Positions 12,700 to 25,962 of a stretch of 64,000 nt of DNA are shown here, piece by piece. The notes beneath the pieces are model-generated. The model was not told the origin of the DNA. It worked only from the letters and a program-made list of their open reading frames with translations, and searched no databases. Made by a program: the position numbers and the translations under genes. Within the stretch, counting starts at the first letter, position 1; each line of letters starts with the position of its first letter. The stretch covers positions 91,698,001-91,762,000 of the forward strand of contig NC_043000.1 of the NCBI RefSeq assembly GCF_006345805.1. Reading direction: 5' to 3'. This stretch comes from Octopus sinensis (taxonomy: Eukaryota).

Positions 12700-13900
12700 T
12701 GGGAGTTGCACGACCTTATTCATTTATTAATTTGAGAAATTATATCGAGTGCAGCCAAATGTATCAGTGAGCATTTTTGAGACATTTAACGTTTAGAAAC
12801 ACCGGCGCCTTGATTGCATCCACTTTTAACTTCAGTGTAATTTTGAAGCTTAAATTTTCCTAGTAAACTACTTTTTGCATGTTATGGATATTCTGAAATG
12901 AAATCCATGGCACCATAGATGCGTAAATCTGTCTATTAACAGTTTGTTTGATTTTCTAAGAATCTTAGTTCATGTTCATTATCTTCCTTTCTTTCTTCAT
13001 TTTCTTGTCGAGGGATTTCACTTTCGTTTGCGAGATACTGTTCTGCCTCAGCTATTTCCGTTTTTTAGTACTGAATCTTCTCTTTCTGTAATTTTTCCGA
13101 TTTTATTTTCTTATCATAATTTCACAGTACATTAAAAAATTTTTCATATGCAATTATTATTTCTTCTTCATTGCACAACGACGGCGTGGTTCAACAAGAA
13201 CTTTCAAAATCTGAGATATAATCCCATATATTTATGTTCCTCCGACCTAAATATATTTCATTTGTTATCCTCAGAGTTTTAGCTGGTAGTGCTCAGTAAA
13301 CTGAACTTCGTTGATTTTTAAAATTGTGCTGTTGATTTTCATTACTTTCACATTTTTGTTTGATTTCCAGCTTTCCAGGCTCTCAACATTGAAGTGTATT
13401 TTACTCTATCAAATTAGGCTTTCTACCCTGTATTATTAATGATACGTAAGGCGGTGAGCTGGCAGAATCGTTAACATCCCGGGAAAGATGCTTAATGGTA
13501 TTTCGTTCGTCTTTCGTTCTGAGTTGAAATTCTGCTAGGTCGACTTTGCCTTTCATCCTTTCGGGGTCGATAAATTGAGTACCAGTTGTATACTGGGGTC
13601 GATCTAATCGACTGGCCCCTCCCCACAAATTTCATATCCTTGTAGAAAAGATTATTAATGATACGTAATTTTTCTCGGTGCCTTTTACTAAAAGCAGTTC
13701 CGATGTGACTCTGTGATCTTCAGATATCATTTAAACTTCTAAATTTAATTTGATTTAATAAACCCAGATCACCTTTCGTCAACACTGCTTTGACCATTCT
13801 CCCGTAATATATAACGTTCTTTACTCCTTCTTTTGTAATGTATGAATGTGTCTCTTAACATTCCATATTTTCCCTTTTTTAACCTGAATTAAAGTTTCAT
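12700..13900 (-). mobile_element. Highly degenerate LINE relic (RTE-like?), interrupted by a SINE B at 13448-13650 (+)
   Basis: Weak motif EVKSGCNQG (cf. GVRQG) near 12810; the SINE insert is clear. Confidence 0.35.
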
Positions 13901-14887
13901 ATTTTTTCTATCCCTTCGAGATCTCATGACTGAGCGAACTGGTAATATCGTTAGCGCGTCGGACCAAATAAATTGTAACATTTCTTACGGAACTTTATTT
14001 TCTTAGTTCAGATGTAACTACTAAACATGGATCTGTACCCACTGTTGTTCTTTTGTTATACAATACAATATCTATACACACACACATATACACACACATA
14101 TGTTGTTAGGTAGATGTGTACATTTGAAATCAGATGGTTGCAAGGATAGATGTTAAAGAAAATTAGAGTCAAAAGTTTTCTACAAAATTCCTTTATACTT
14201 GCAGAAGATTGAAAATACTGAGAGAAGTATTCCTAATATTTTTTTTCAAATGGGTTTATTATTTAGCTTACTTAATTTTATTGTATTTTCTATATTTTTT
14301 GAAAATATTTTGTGTATATTTATCTTAATTAGAGTAACCAATCAGATATGTTGAAGAAATTGTAAGCATGTTACTGAAGAAGTTTAATTTTTAATCGGCA
14401 GTTATTTGCGCCTAAACTATACATACATACATAGAAACACACATATGCACGTGCACATATTAATATATATATATATATATAATATATATATGAATGGATG
14501 TGTTGTGCATGTGTGTACGTTTGTGTGTACTAATGTACATTTGTGTGAATTTAACGAAATATTTCTCATTTAAAACTGTTGAAAGTATGAAAAAGCAAAT
14601 AACATTCTTTTTTAAACAAATATGCAAAAACACAATTTTAAATGCACAAAAATAAAACATATGAACATAGAAATTAGCAAATATAAATAAAAAAAATCTT
14701 TGTTTTTAAATAAATTCCCCCTCATTAACAAATACGAACACCTGCTAATAACATCAACTTGAAAACTGAACGAAGAATCACTTCCCGGTACGCAATACAA
14801 AATGAAGGTCAGTAGAAGTTAAAGTGAAATACTTTTACTCGTTTATTTATTCACCTTTTCCCTGTTATCTTTTAGTCTTTGTAAAGA

Positions 14888-15575
14888 TGTATGGCCTAGT
14901 GGTAAGGCTGTTATACTCTCGTCACATGATCATGGTTTCAATTCCCGAACGGGGCGGGGCGTTGAGTTCTTGAGAAAAACATTTCGTCTTGTGTTGCTTC
15001 AATTCAATCAGCGGATCTTTTCGGTTTGAACGGCAGTTTTTTTCTAGCGGTGTCATATGAAATTGTCACCCATAATTATGACCCTAGAATCGATCTATTG
15101 CATTTCAATCTCTTTTAGGGTTAGGGTAGGGTTAGGGGTGGGGGAAAGGTATCTTTTTTTCTTCACAAATATAAATAAACCCAATTTGTTTCTTAAACGA
15201 GGGACATATTCATACGGCACAGAATGCTTTTTAACTCAATAGACGTCACTGATTGGTTGAAATTGCAGAAATCGAAAAAAAAAAACAACAAATATCTTAC
15301 AAACTATAGAATTTTCTCAATAAAGGCAAGAGAAAAAGATGTTTTATAAACACATTCTACCAGTATACGAAGTTTAAAATTTTTTAATTACCTAGAAGTT
15401 ACGTTAAAAACTGCCGTTCAAACCGAAAAGATCCCAATCAGCTATAAACAAATTCCAGTAATATTTGGGAAGTTAACTCTGTGGTAAACTGGTATCTTGT
15501 TCAGTGGTGAGTGTTGCAATCCCAGCCATTTATACGCCTTGGAAACTAGGTTAATCCAGCCATTATGAATCCTGG
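14888..15575 (+). mobile_element. Degenerate tRNA-SINE (family C-related) split by a MITE
   Basis: tggcctagtgg A box, ggtttcaattccc B box; continues after 15442. Confidence 0.6.
15013..15434. mobile_element. 422-bp MITE with GG-starting TIRs and 8-bp TSD (Merlin-like), with internal TTAGGG-like repeats
   Basis: Perfect 29-bp TIR ggatcttttcggtttgaacggcagttttt; TSD caatcagc at 15005-15012 and 15435-15442. Confidence 0.85.
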
Positions 15576-15614
15576 TACTCAAGACAGAACTAAACTTACA
15601 GATATTTTGTCGTT

Positions 15615-15835
15615 AAGGCACTGAGCTGGCAGAATCACCAGCGCGTCGGACAAAAAAACCTTAGCTGCATTTCTTCCTGCTCGTTAACTTTTGAGTTCAA
15701 AATGCGCCGAAGTCAACTGTGCCTTTTATCGTTTCGTAGTCGATAAAATAAGAATCAGTCAAATACTGAGGTCAATGGTAAAGGCTAAACCCTCTCTCCT
15801 AAAAATTGCTGGACTTGTGCCAAAATAAGAAACAG
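15615..15835 (+). mobile_element. SINE family B, diverged
   Basis: gagctggcagaatc head, gagttcaaa B box. Confidence 0.7.
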
Positions 15836-16171
15836 TTATTTATTTCCAATGTTGTTTTTCACCCGAGAGTGTATTGATTGTAGGGGAAATTTCATTGATT
15901 TACAATATATTTCAATGTGTTCGTGTCTACATATATTTTATCGTTTTCAACAATAGAAGGAGAGGATTCAGTAGATGGAAAATAAAATTTCTGTTGAGGT
16001 GCTGTAAATGGACTGTGTCTGATCAGTGTTCAAATATTCGAATGGGAAGTGGACAATTATACATAGCGTTAAATACCGTTCAACATTAAATAAAAGATCT
16101 CGTATATGCCATACTTGCGTGCACGCACACTTATATACGCATAAAAATCTAAACATCATTGTATGTTTCTA

Positions 16172-16182
16172 CATCTATTTAT

Positions 16183-16261
<79 letters not shown>

Positions 16262-16262
16262 A

Positions 16263-16302
<40 letters not shown>

Positions 16303-16313
16303 ACATACATACA

Positions 16314-16344
<31 letters not shown>

Positions 16345-16345
16345 G

Positions 16346-16378
<33 letters not shown>
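16172..16378. repeat. (TATC)n-(TACA)n-(TA)n compound microsatellite
   Basis: Direct reading. Confidence 0.95.
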
Positions 16379-16460
16379 CTATGTGTGTGAAATGTAACCT
16401 GTCTGGAATAGCACAACAATGCGGAGTGGACTAAAATACCTGTTATAAATAATTTAGCTA

Positions 16461-16520
16461 TTCATAGTCTAATATAATATTTCGGAATATAAAAATTCTT
16501 TCTTCAGATATTACTAGGAA
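16461..16520 (-). ncRNA. Minimal type I hammerhead ribozyme motif (first stem II pair mismatched)
   Basis: Reverse complement: taatat CTGAAGA a agaat-ttttat-attcc GAAA ta TT atatta. Confidence 0.6.
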
Positions 16521-17100
16521 GTAATAGAATCAATGTTATAGTTGGTTTTCCAACGGTGACTGAAATCTATCGGAATCGTCCTTGCAGCGGTCTCACGAAG
16601 GTCTTTCTGGAATTTCTCATGAGAAGTGCATGAGGGCGGTCATGTCTCGAGCTCGTATATATTGGCATATCCGGTGCGCTTCTTTCAAGTTATACGTACA
16701 TTTTTAATTTTTATATTTTTTTATATAATGTTTTGTTACATCAGCATGTTACCATCGTGCGTGCAGGGTGTCGATATTGTTAAATAATATAGTGATTGTT
16801 AATTTCCAACAACAGGTTGGAAATTAACAATCACTATATTATTTAACAACATCGACACCCTGTACGCAGGATGGTAACATGCTCATGTAACAAAACATTA
16901 TATAAATAAATAAATGCACGTATAGTACATAATTTGGAAGCAGCGCTCCGTATATGCCAACACATCGAGCTCGAGACGTGGCTACCCTCACGCACTTCTC
17001 ATGAGGAATTCAGAAAGGAGCTTCGTGAGACCAGTGCAGGGAAGCTTCCGATAGATTTCAGTCACCGTTGGAAAACCAACTATAACAGTGACTCCATTAC

Positions 17101-17160
17101 TTCCTAGTAATATCTGAAGAAGGAATTTTTATATTCCGAAATATTATATTAGACTATGAA
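17101..17160 (+). ncRNA. Minimal type I hammerhead ribozyme motif, intact core
   Basis: Stem I taatat/atatta (extended by tag/cta and ttc/gaa), CTGAAGA 17114-17120, extra A, stem II GGAAT/ATTCC, GAAA 17138-17141, palindromic ATAT helix III; predicted cut after 17145. Confidence 0.75.
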
Positions 17161-17282
17161 TAATTAAATTATTTATAACAGTTATTTTAGTCCACTCCGC
17201 ATTGTTGTGCCATTCCAGACATGCTACATTTTACAAACAACTCACAATGCTTCCAGCGAACTACAATACCCTCTTATACACA

Positions 17283-17325
<43 letters not shown>

Positions 17326-17402
17326 GAATTAAAGTAAAAACTCAAATTAGGTAGTCAACGTTTTTACATACTCATACAGTTATAAATTCAACTTAAAATG
17401 CG

Positions 17403-17438
<36 letters not shown>

Positions 17439-17549
17439 TTAATGACCAATAATAAATCTCTGAGCGAGGTATATACTTCACGATATATATTAATACATAT
17501 CGACATATAGTTTTAAAAATATAAATATACATAAAAATACATGTAAATA

Positions 17550-18850
17550 TTTTTGCAGGTTTTTATAGGGACGATGCGCTCCTTGCCACCCATGGCCTTC
17601 TGAACCGGCTGTAGAAAAGATGAAAAAAAGCCTCTAGGATTAACTATCAACAGCATTGTTACAGCTATTGCCATTAGAATCTCAAGTTTATCTGCCAACG
17701 AAGAGATCTTTAATCAACATGCTCCGGTTTACCATAACGCCTTGAAACTAAGTGGTTTTAATGATCAACTTTTTTTCATACCTAACACTCAACTTAAAAG
17801 AAAATTAGCAAGTATATCTCCTAACTCTATTTCTAAAATTATTAGCGCAAACCTTGTATTGATAAACATAGATATAAATAAACCACATGTTAATCATATC
17901 ATACCTAGTGGAATACAATCTAGTAATAAATATAATGAATATAATAGGTTTAAACATCTTCATTCTGAAAAGATTAACATGTTTATACAATCCAATTCTA
18001 GAAAACGCGAAATAATCTGGTTTGCTCCCTCCCTTTTTTCTCTTAGTGTTAAGAACTTGTCTAAGTTGTTTTTCAAGATCTTGAAGGCTAATTTTCCAAA
18101 GCACCACAAGTATTACTCGATTTGTAATAAATCTTCGATTAAATTTTCTTACTCCGTAATGTCTAATCTAGAATCTATTATAGCTTCCATAAATAGAAGT
18201 TAAATAAAACTTCAATCGAATAAGGACTCTAACACTAATAATGTACCTAATGTAGGCCCTGGTAATAATAACAAATGTAGAATAATAAATCTAAGTAAAT
18301 CTAAATTTAATGATGTTAGTCTACGTGAACCTTAGGTAGTTACACATCCTAACAACCCACCTGTAAAAATTATAAAAAAGGATAAAGCACAAAGACAATA
18401 ATAGGAATGCAAGCAGAACAATTTAAAAAAAAAACATGTAGCTGTAGAGTCCCTGAATCATGTCCACTTGCCGGTTCATATCTTAGGAAAAATGTGCTAT
18501 ATATGCGTACAGTAAACGTAGACAACCAAAAAATTAAGGGTTATATAGGAAGCACTGTTGATTTTAAGAGGGGATATAGAGTCCAATTAAATTCCTTTAC
18601 TAAAGTTAAGTATAAAAGTTCAACGACTCTCGCCCCATATATACACTATCTAAGAGATAGCAGCACCATACTTTACCCTGGTCCATAATTACGGAGCCCT
18701 TATAGTGCTTATTCGAATAGATGCAGGTTATATAAAAGGGACTCATACATTATCCTTAGATCATACAGTTTAAACACATTAAATAATTTCTCTGATGCGA
18801 TTCCCTCATGTAGTCATAAATTCCATTCCACTTTTTTGAAAATTTATTGA
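17550..18850 (+). mobile_element. Penelope-like element remnant (RT plus C-terminal GIY-YIG endonuclease), pseudogenised and internally deleted
   Basis: GFYRDDALL (YRDD 17564-17575); RISSLSANEEIFNQHAPVYHNALKLSGF; RKREIIWFAP; CSCRVPESCPL..NVLY..GYIGST; PYSAYSNRCRL. Confidence 0.85.
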
Positions 18851-19116
18851 ACCAAACATGTTGGACGATTGATTTGGAAGAATGCCTGCAACTTGAAACC
18901 TTTTAGCTCTTAGTACTGTGAATATTCCATTGTGTTACGATTAATTAGATTTAAGTATCACTAGGTTGTATTTGTTCCATCATTCCATGTTCTCCACTCT
19001 CTCATTTGCGTATGTAAGAATGAAGCTTTATATAAACCTATGTCAATCCCTCTGAAACAACCAAAAATTGTCAAGAATGTGATTCATGAGGATGCCTTTC
19101 CTGAATAATAATAATA

Positions 19117-19170
<54 letters not shown>

Positions 19171-19173
<3 letters not shown>

Positions 19174-19536
19174 TGCATCTCTGATCACGAGCAGAAGTAT
19201 TGTGAGAGCATCATAGCCATGTGTTGAGAGGAAATCCTTGGGGCTTGAATAATTTACCTCTGAAAACATGGGTGTTTCGTTCAACATTTTTAAACAACCC
19301 TTATTCAGGGACCTTTTGAGCGGGATGGGCTACTCGACCTGACGAAAATACTAACTGGGCCCTACTTGTAATGTCATATGCTGTTTATCTTGATATGAGA
19401 TCACCATGTCGTGCACATATGGTTGTGATGCATGTGGCTGGTGTACCCTTATCAGACGGGTAGTTATGATGGGTATACTGAGCTTCGTATATTTTAACCC
19501 AGTGACATTTTGATGGCATGCACTGAACTCTCACTC
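19171..19536 (+). mobile_element. Family A element, 5'-truncated, after (AAT)n
   Basis: Matches the 3' two-thirds of the family and ends at ctcactc. Confidence 0.85.
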
Positions 19537-19551
19537 AACAATAATAATAAT

Positions 19552-19770
19552 GACGGTTTCAAATTTTGGCACAGGGCCAGAAAATTTAGGGGAGGTGGAA
19601 ATGAATTACACTGACTCCAGTGCTCAACTTATATTTATTTTATCGAGCCTTAAAGGAGAAAATGCAAGGCTGACCTTGGCCGCACGGAAATTTACCGAAC
19701 GAAAATCTGGAAGAAATGACACTAAGCATCTGTCTGGCACGGTTAATGATTTTTCTGGCTCGCCGCCTCA
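19552..19770 (-). mobile_element. SINE family B, diverged
   Basis: Ends ggctcgccgcct, the reverse complement of the head. Confidence 0.7.
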
Positions 19771-19859
19771 ATAACAATTTCGTAATGAGCCACAAAAGTT
19801 TAAAGATGTTGCAGACAGTACAAAGAAAGGGACACAGTAGAGAATGAAGCTTTACACTG

Positions 19860-20640
19860 ATTGAAAGGAGAGATACCAAAAACAAAAGCTAACACATGCA
19901 AAAGTAATAAGAAAGGACATTCTTGATGGACTAGCTGTGTGAACAGAAACGGTTCCAAGGTTTACTTCTCTTCATAACATTCCAACGTATATTAATTCTT
20001 TTGCTGCATTCTCGAATAGCTGATACAGGAAATCACTAATCTTCTTGAATTCCTGGGATTATCTCGGATTATAGCAGATCTTGTTGTCAGGAGAAGATGT
20101 ACGTATGATGATGAAGGCGAGTGGTTAGATTACAAAATCTTGGCTCAATTCCAGAGAAAATTTAGCGAGAAGATAGTCATGAGCCTGTGATAAAGAGATT
20201 GACAGATATGAACAGAAGCTAGATTTTTGTTTGATTTATTTATTTATTGTTATTATTTAATCCAAGAAGAGTGTCAGAGTCCAATACCAGAAACCTTTAC
20301 AAACCATTTCAGTATAGTCGTATTTATTTGCTTTTATTTTCAACTGATCCACAGGTTGAATGTTAATAGTGAAAATATGCTCAATGGAGTTTGGGGTTGC
20401 ATTTGTTTTGTATTTCTAGGAAAGAAGGATTTGTTAAAATATTGTAATCAAGCATTTGAGGAAGCGACACAGTATGGATAATGGGAAGGGGATAGGTGTA
20501 ACATGAATTTTGTTTGGGGATGGTACGCCGTTTGTTATTTCAAGTAGCAAATACCATTGTTGAAGTAGAAAAAGAGAAGTCAAACAGATATACCGTCAGT
20601 AGAATAGTAGAGTACTACTAAGTATTGGTATGCTCAGCCG
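19860..20640 (-). mobile_element. Degenerate CR1/L2-like LINE fragments
   Basis: Minus-strand FYFNNGIC..YPYCV..KSFFPR near 20400-20580 resembles the CR1-type C-terminus. Confidence 0.4.
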
Positions 20641-21071
20641 TGCAGTTATATTTTATTTTAATGATCTCCAGAATGTGTAATTGCGTCTTTGTGTCTGTGT
20701 GTTGTATATGTGTTTGTGTATGTTTGTGTGGTAATTCAGTTATTTCATCCCCATTGTTCTATTTCTACTGAAATACACAGCCTTTTTTTCAATTAATTTT
20801 GAAAGAAATGAAGAAATGAATAAAAATAACTTTATCATCATGAAGCTGGTGTTTGGAGTATAAATTAGCATGAAATTTTGAAGGGAGTTTTTAGATTTAG
20901 ATCCCTTTAAAACAGAAAGTTTTAATCATAGAACCAGGAGGAGTAGTCTCTGGCAGGCTGGCATGAAAGGAATTGACGTAGTCACACAGAGACAGAGTAA
21001 CTGTTGTTTTAAGTATTTTTTCACTTCAACTGGAAAAACTTGAACATTGAAATATAATTCTGGCTATATTA

Positions 21072-21285
21072 GTTTCAAATTTTGGCACAAGGCCAGCAAT
21101 TTCAGGTAAGCAGCTAAGTCGGATACATCGACCCCAGTGTTCAATAGTTACTTATTTTATCAACACCAAAAGGATGAAAAGCAAAGTCGTCATTGGTGGG
21201 ATTTGAACTCATAACGTGCAGACCGATGGAATGCCGCTAAACATTTTGCTCGGAGTTCTAACGATTCTCCAAGCTCGCAGCCTTA
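21072..21285 (-). mobile_element. SINE family B
   Basis: Colinear reverse complement with 9082-9290. Confidence 0.75.
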
Positions 21286-22051
21286 ATTGCGACTATATTA
21301 AAAACAAAAATACAGTAAAAGATAAAATACGATTAACATTTTCGATACCAATCCTCCTGAAACAACTCCTGATTCCATGATTCGGACTTCCTGCTTTATA
21401 GAGATCCAAATTAAAACCTTCCATCAAAATATTATATTAATTTGTTCCAACCACTAGCTTCATAATGACAACGTTATTTTACAATATTTTTCATCATTTT
21501 TCAAAATCAATTGAAACTTGGTGCAACAAAACTAGTTATAAACAACAGAAGCAGTATTAATACAAAAAGACAATCTTTATATCCAACTTAACGTGGATGT
21601 TATGTTAGAACGCCGAATACTGCGATGTTTACTTTCAGAGAAGTTTTCGTGTGAACGCATTATGCATAAAATGCATAAAGGCACACATACTTATATCACT
21701 GGTAAACGTGAATCGTTTGCTGCGGGCGCCAGAACTATGTGGTTTCGTTGCACCTCATCTCTTCTATGATAGGATGAGCTGGCAGTTTCAGCGTCCGTAG
21801 CACAAAGCTGGTTACCAAAAATATGGTAACAAAAGGGTGAAAGCAGTTATAGAGATCTTCAAAGTTATCTTAGTTTTGATTATTACTCAGCTTAATCGAT
21901 ACTGATTTGGGGATAAATAACAACAAAGACAACAGCGGTAACTAGGGATATATAATGAATGTGATGACGTCTTTTTTTTTTTTGAAAGAGATTGTCAAAA
22001 CAAAGGGATTTATCATAACATATTTATTACAAAATAATGCCTCATATCAGC

Positions 22052-22101
<50 letters not shown>

Positions 22102-22272
22102 TCGTTTATCGATTTGTGTAGCAAGATTCCTGATGTGAAATCGTGTGTTGAAACAGATATTGTTGTATTTCAGGACGGTCATTTTTTTGTTACCAAATAA
22201 ACACACACACAATATATTTGCTCTTCACTCGTTTATTACTACTCTTTTTTTAAAATTCTGTCTCATGTCCAT

Positions 22273-22317
22273 TCTCCGGAAATCTTTCGTCACACATCTG
22301 TGACCTCTTCAGCGACA
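22273..22317 (-). ncRNA. Minimal hammerhead ribozyme motif
   Basis: Reverse complement: tgtcg CTGAAGA g GTCACA gatg TGTGAC GAAA gatt TC cggaga. Confidence 0.65.
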
Positions 22318-23153
22318 ATTTTCGTTTTCATGTGTGCTTTTGCGTCTATCAACGCATAGAACTGACACAACACTTAGATCACAGAGGCTACACACATACC
22401 ACTAGACAGACAGAGCCTCAATAACAAACACAAATGGAACAGTAACACCCATCACCACATCACACCACATGAACTAAAGACAGAAGTGAAGAGAGGGGAA
22501 AACATCGTAAATAATACACAGATACATACAGGGTAATACACGCACAATATGCATATATGCACTTACCTGTGATACATATAAAAAAAGAGATAGATAAATA
22601 AAAAATAAAAGAGAAATATGTAAATAGATAAATAGATATATTTGTCACATACCTGTGATAAATATAAGAAATATAGATAGATAAAATAAATAAATAAATA
22701 AATAAATCTATATAAATGGCATGGATACAAACAACGTACGAAGCGAACCCATACACACACAAGCACACATAGAGGAAATTTCACGGACGGCTACAACAAT
22801 ATCAGGAGCACGAATGACAGCGACAGCAGCAGAGGCGGCGACAACGATAAAAATAACAACAACAACAACAACAATAACAACTACCACGATGGCAACAGCG
22901 TGTGCGAACACAAACAGAGAGATACAAAAACGGTACCGAATCTTCGGGTCTTAGGACAGTAGCTGCACAATGGGTTGAGAGGATGGAGCTGAGGGGAAGG
23001 CCATATTGCTGCTAAGAGCAATGACACACACACACAAAAGCATACACTCACACACACACACACGCGGATGCAAATGCTTGCACACATAAGAATACACATC
23101 TTAGAAGAACAGATTGGAGTAAGTGGAGCAACACCACACACGAAAACGAAAAA

Positions 23154-23198
23154 TGTCGCTGAAGAGGTCACAGATGTGTGACGAAAGATTTCCGGACA
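23154..23198 (+). ncRNA. Minimal hammerhead ribozyme motif, intact core
   Basis: tgtcg CTGAAGA (23159-23165) g GTCACA gatg TGTGAC GAAA (23183-23186) gatt TC cggaca. Confidence 0.75.
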
Positions 23199-23329
23199 AT
23201 GGACATCAGTTAAAACAAAAAATAATAAGAACAATAATAAACGAGGGAAGAACAAATAGAGAGTGCGTGTGTTTATTTGGCAAAAGCAAAAACTGACCAT
23301 CCTGAAATACAACATACATATATACACAC

Positions 23330-23378
<49 letters not shown>

Positions 23379-23611
23379 AGTATACATCAATATCTATCTC
23401 TCTATATATTATTAATAATAATAAAGGGTAAAATTAATTAATCAATTAATAATTAATAATTTTACCAAATAGTTCGGTATGTTAAAAGAACCATTATCGG
23501 TAAACTTATACAAAAATTCTATAATTAGGAGCATAATTATAATTAGGGTTCAGCAAAATTGCTTCACCACATACCGAAATTTAGAAATAGCAGTTAAATA
23601 CTATTCCACAT

Positions 23612-23656
<45 letters not shown>

Positions 23657-24332
23657 TGAATGGGAATTTCTCAGTTTCCATGCACCAAAGTCACACATAA
23701 AGCATTGGTCTGTTTGGGGCTATATTAGAAGACATTTGCATACGGTCCAGCTGAGGCTCAGTGAGATCAAACCTGAAATCACACCGTTGCAAAGCAAACA
23801 CTTTTAACCGCATGCCTAAGCCTGCACCTATACTCCAAGATTGCACATGACGAAAGAAGAAAAGAACGAAGAAACAAAAGATGGATGGTTAGGATTATGA
23901 TGGCTTAGGTCATACTTGAAGTAGATTAGAGATGATATGGATCTAATCACAATTCACAACAGGAGTAAAAGCAGGTGATACAAATAAATTTGACAATGAT
24001 GACACCGCTGACGATGATGATAGTGATGACATTGAAGATAATGATGGTGATGATGAATAACCAATGAATCTGCTATAAATACACGAGGACGTAAGTTACA
24101 AACTAAAAACAGGTGTAGAGTCTAATGAAATCATTACAGGAACATCAAAAACGAAATTTTTTTCATCAATATATATATAAAAATATCAAGAATGTAATTG
24201 ACAAGCAACCCATATTATAATACGAATAATTGCTAGGTATGGAATAGTAACGTGTTCAAAGCCAATTTAATGCTAACATGTGTTAATGTGTGTGTATGTA
24301 TGTATATGTATATATGTATGTGAGTATAAATA

Positions 24333-24419
<87 letters not shown>

Positions 24420-24653
24420 TGTGAGAAGATTTATAGTTATACACTGTGCAAGAGAATAGAGACATAAACATTTCCATATATACGTATTCATACACATTTA
24501 CACTCGCGCACATTTAGAGATAAAGAGAGATAACGAGAGAAATACAAAGGAGAAAGAGAGAGATGTGTATTCTTGCGCACCTGTGAATGGTTCCATATAT
24601 GTGCATTTTTACGTATTTATGTTTTATCTATGTGTGTACGTGTGAACACACGC

Positions 24654-24748
<95 letters not shown>

Positions 24749-25084
24749 TACCACATACAAAGTATGTGCATATTTACATAATTACGAAAATTAGGTACAC
24801 AAACACACATACACGCACATAAATCTATGATTGTGCGTATATTTACACACCATGTACATACACATATTTATGTATATGTGTGTGTTTATGTATATATATA
24901 TATATATATTATATATATATATATATGTATGTATGGATATGTATAGTCACATATGTTCGTGTAAATGTTATGTTAAAGCTACACATTATCTAAGCGCAAA
25001 AACAAATTCAAATAGTTTGTTTTTTAAAAAGATAATGTGCATAAAGCATACAACTCCATTAACTTTTAGCACATCTGTTGAAAA

Positions 25085-25841
25085 CAAGAGCAACAACACC
25101 AACACCACCACCAACAATAATAATAATAATAATAAAAACAACAACAACAACAGGCACGATGAAGATAGTCATGACGCTGAAACCTATGATGGTGATAACA
25201 GCACTGATGATGACAATAACGACGAGAACGTCGATGACGACGACGACAACGATGATGATGACAATGACGATGATGATGATTATATGATGATGATGATGAT
25301 ATGATGATGATGATGATGATGATGACGATGATGACGACGACGATGTTGATGAAGGTAATGATGACGAACACAACGACGACAACAATAATGATGATGATGA
25401 TGATGACTACGACGACGATGATGACAATAACGACGATGATGATGATAATGATGATGATGACGAGGAGGATGATGATGATGATGACAATGACGACAACAAC
25501 AATGATTATGATGATGATGATGATGATGATGACTACGACGACGACGATGACAATAACGATGACGACGACGATGATAATGATGATGATGATGATGATGATG
25601 ATGACGACGACGACGACGAGAGTATCAATAATTATAATCATAAGGCATTTTCTCAGATTACTAACAATGAAATGCAGACAATTGGATGAATTAGAATTAG
25701 AAAATTGATTTTTGTATTCGACAAACAAAGCTTCTTTCTCTTCTTGTCGAATAAACCAATGAAAAACAACAACAACAATAATAATGATAAGAAGAACAAG
25801 AACAACAATGCAACTACTAGTACTGGTGAGGATGATGGTGA

Positions 25842-25872
<31 letters not shown>

Positions 25873-25922
25873 AGTGATGGTAGTAACGGCAGTGGTGGCA
25901 AAGGTGGTGTTGGTGCTGTTGT

Positions 25923-25962
<40 letters not shown>

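Larger units (their letters stand above)
16386..17235. repeat. ~850-bp palindrome of PLE pLTR-like sequence (arms 16386-16810 and 16816-17235, 5-nt loop)
   Basis: Centre aatttccaac-aacag-gttggaaatt; arms are reverse-complementary throughout with scattered mismatches. Confidence 0.95.
22105..23314. mobile_element. PLE-derived inverted-repeat element (arms ~22161-22336 and 23135-23314, ~800-bp spacer) in TA/GT microsatellite
   Basis: tgttgtatttcagga...gtcacacatctgtgac on the left is the reverse complement of the right arm; each arm holds an HHR. Confidence 0.8.

Noticed and set aside
16796-16809. 14-mer ttgttaatttccaa shared with 57105-57118, both near inversion breakpoints
   Set aside because: AT-rich 14-mer matches are expected by chance in 64 kb; only two instances
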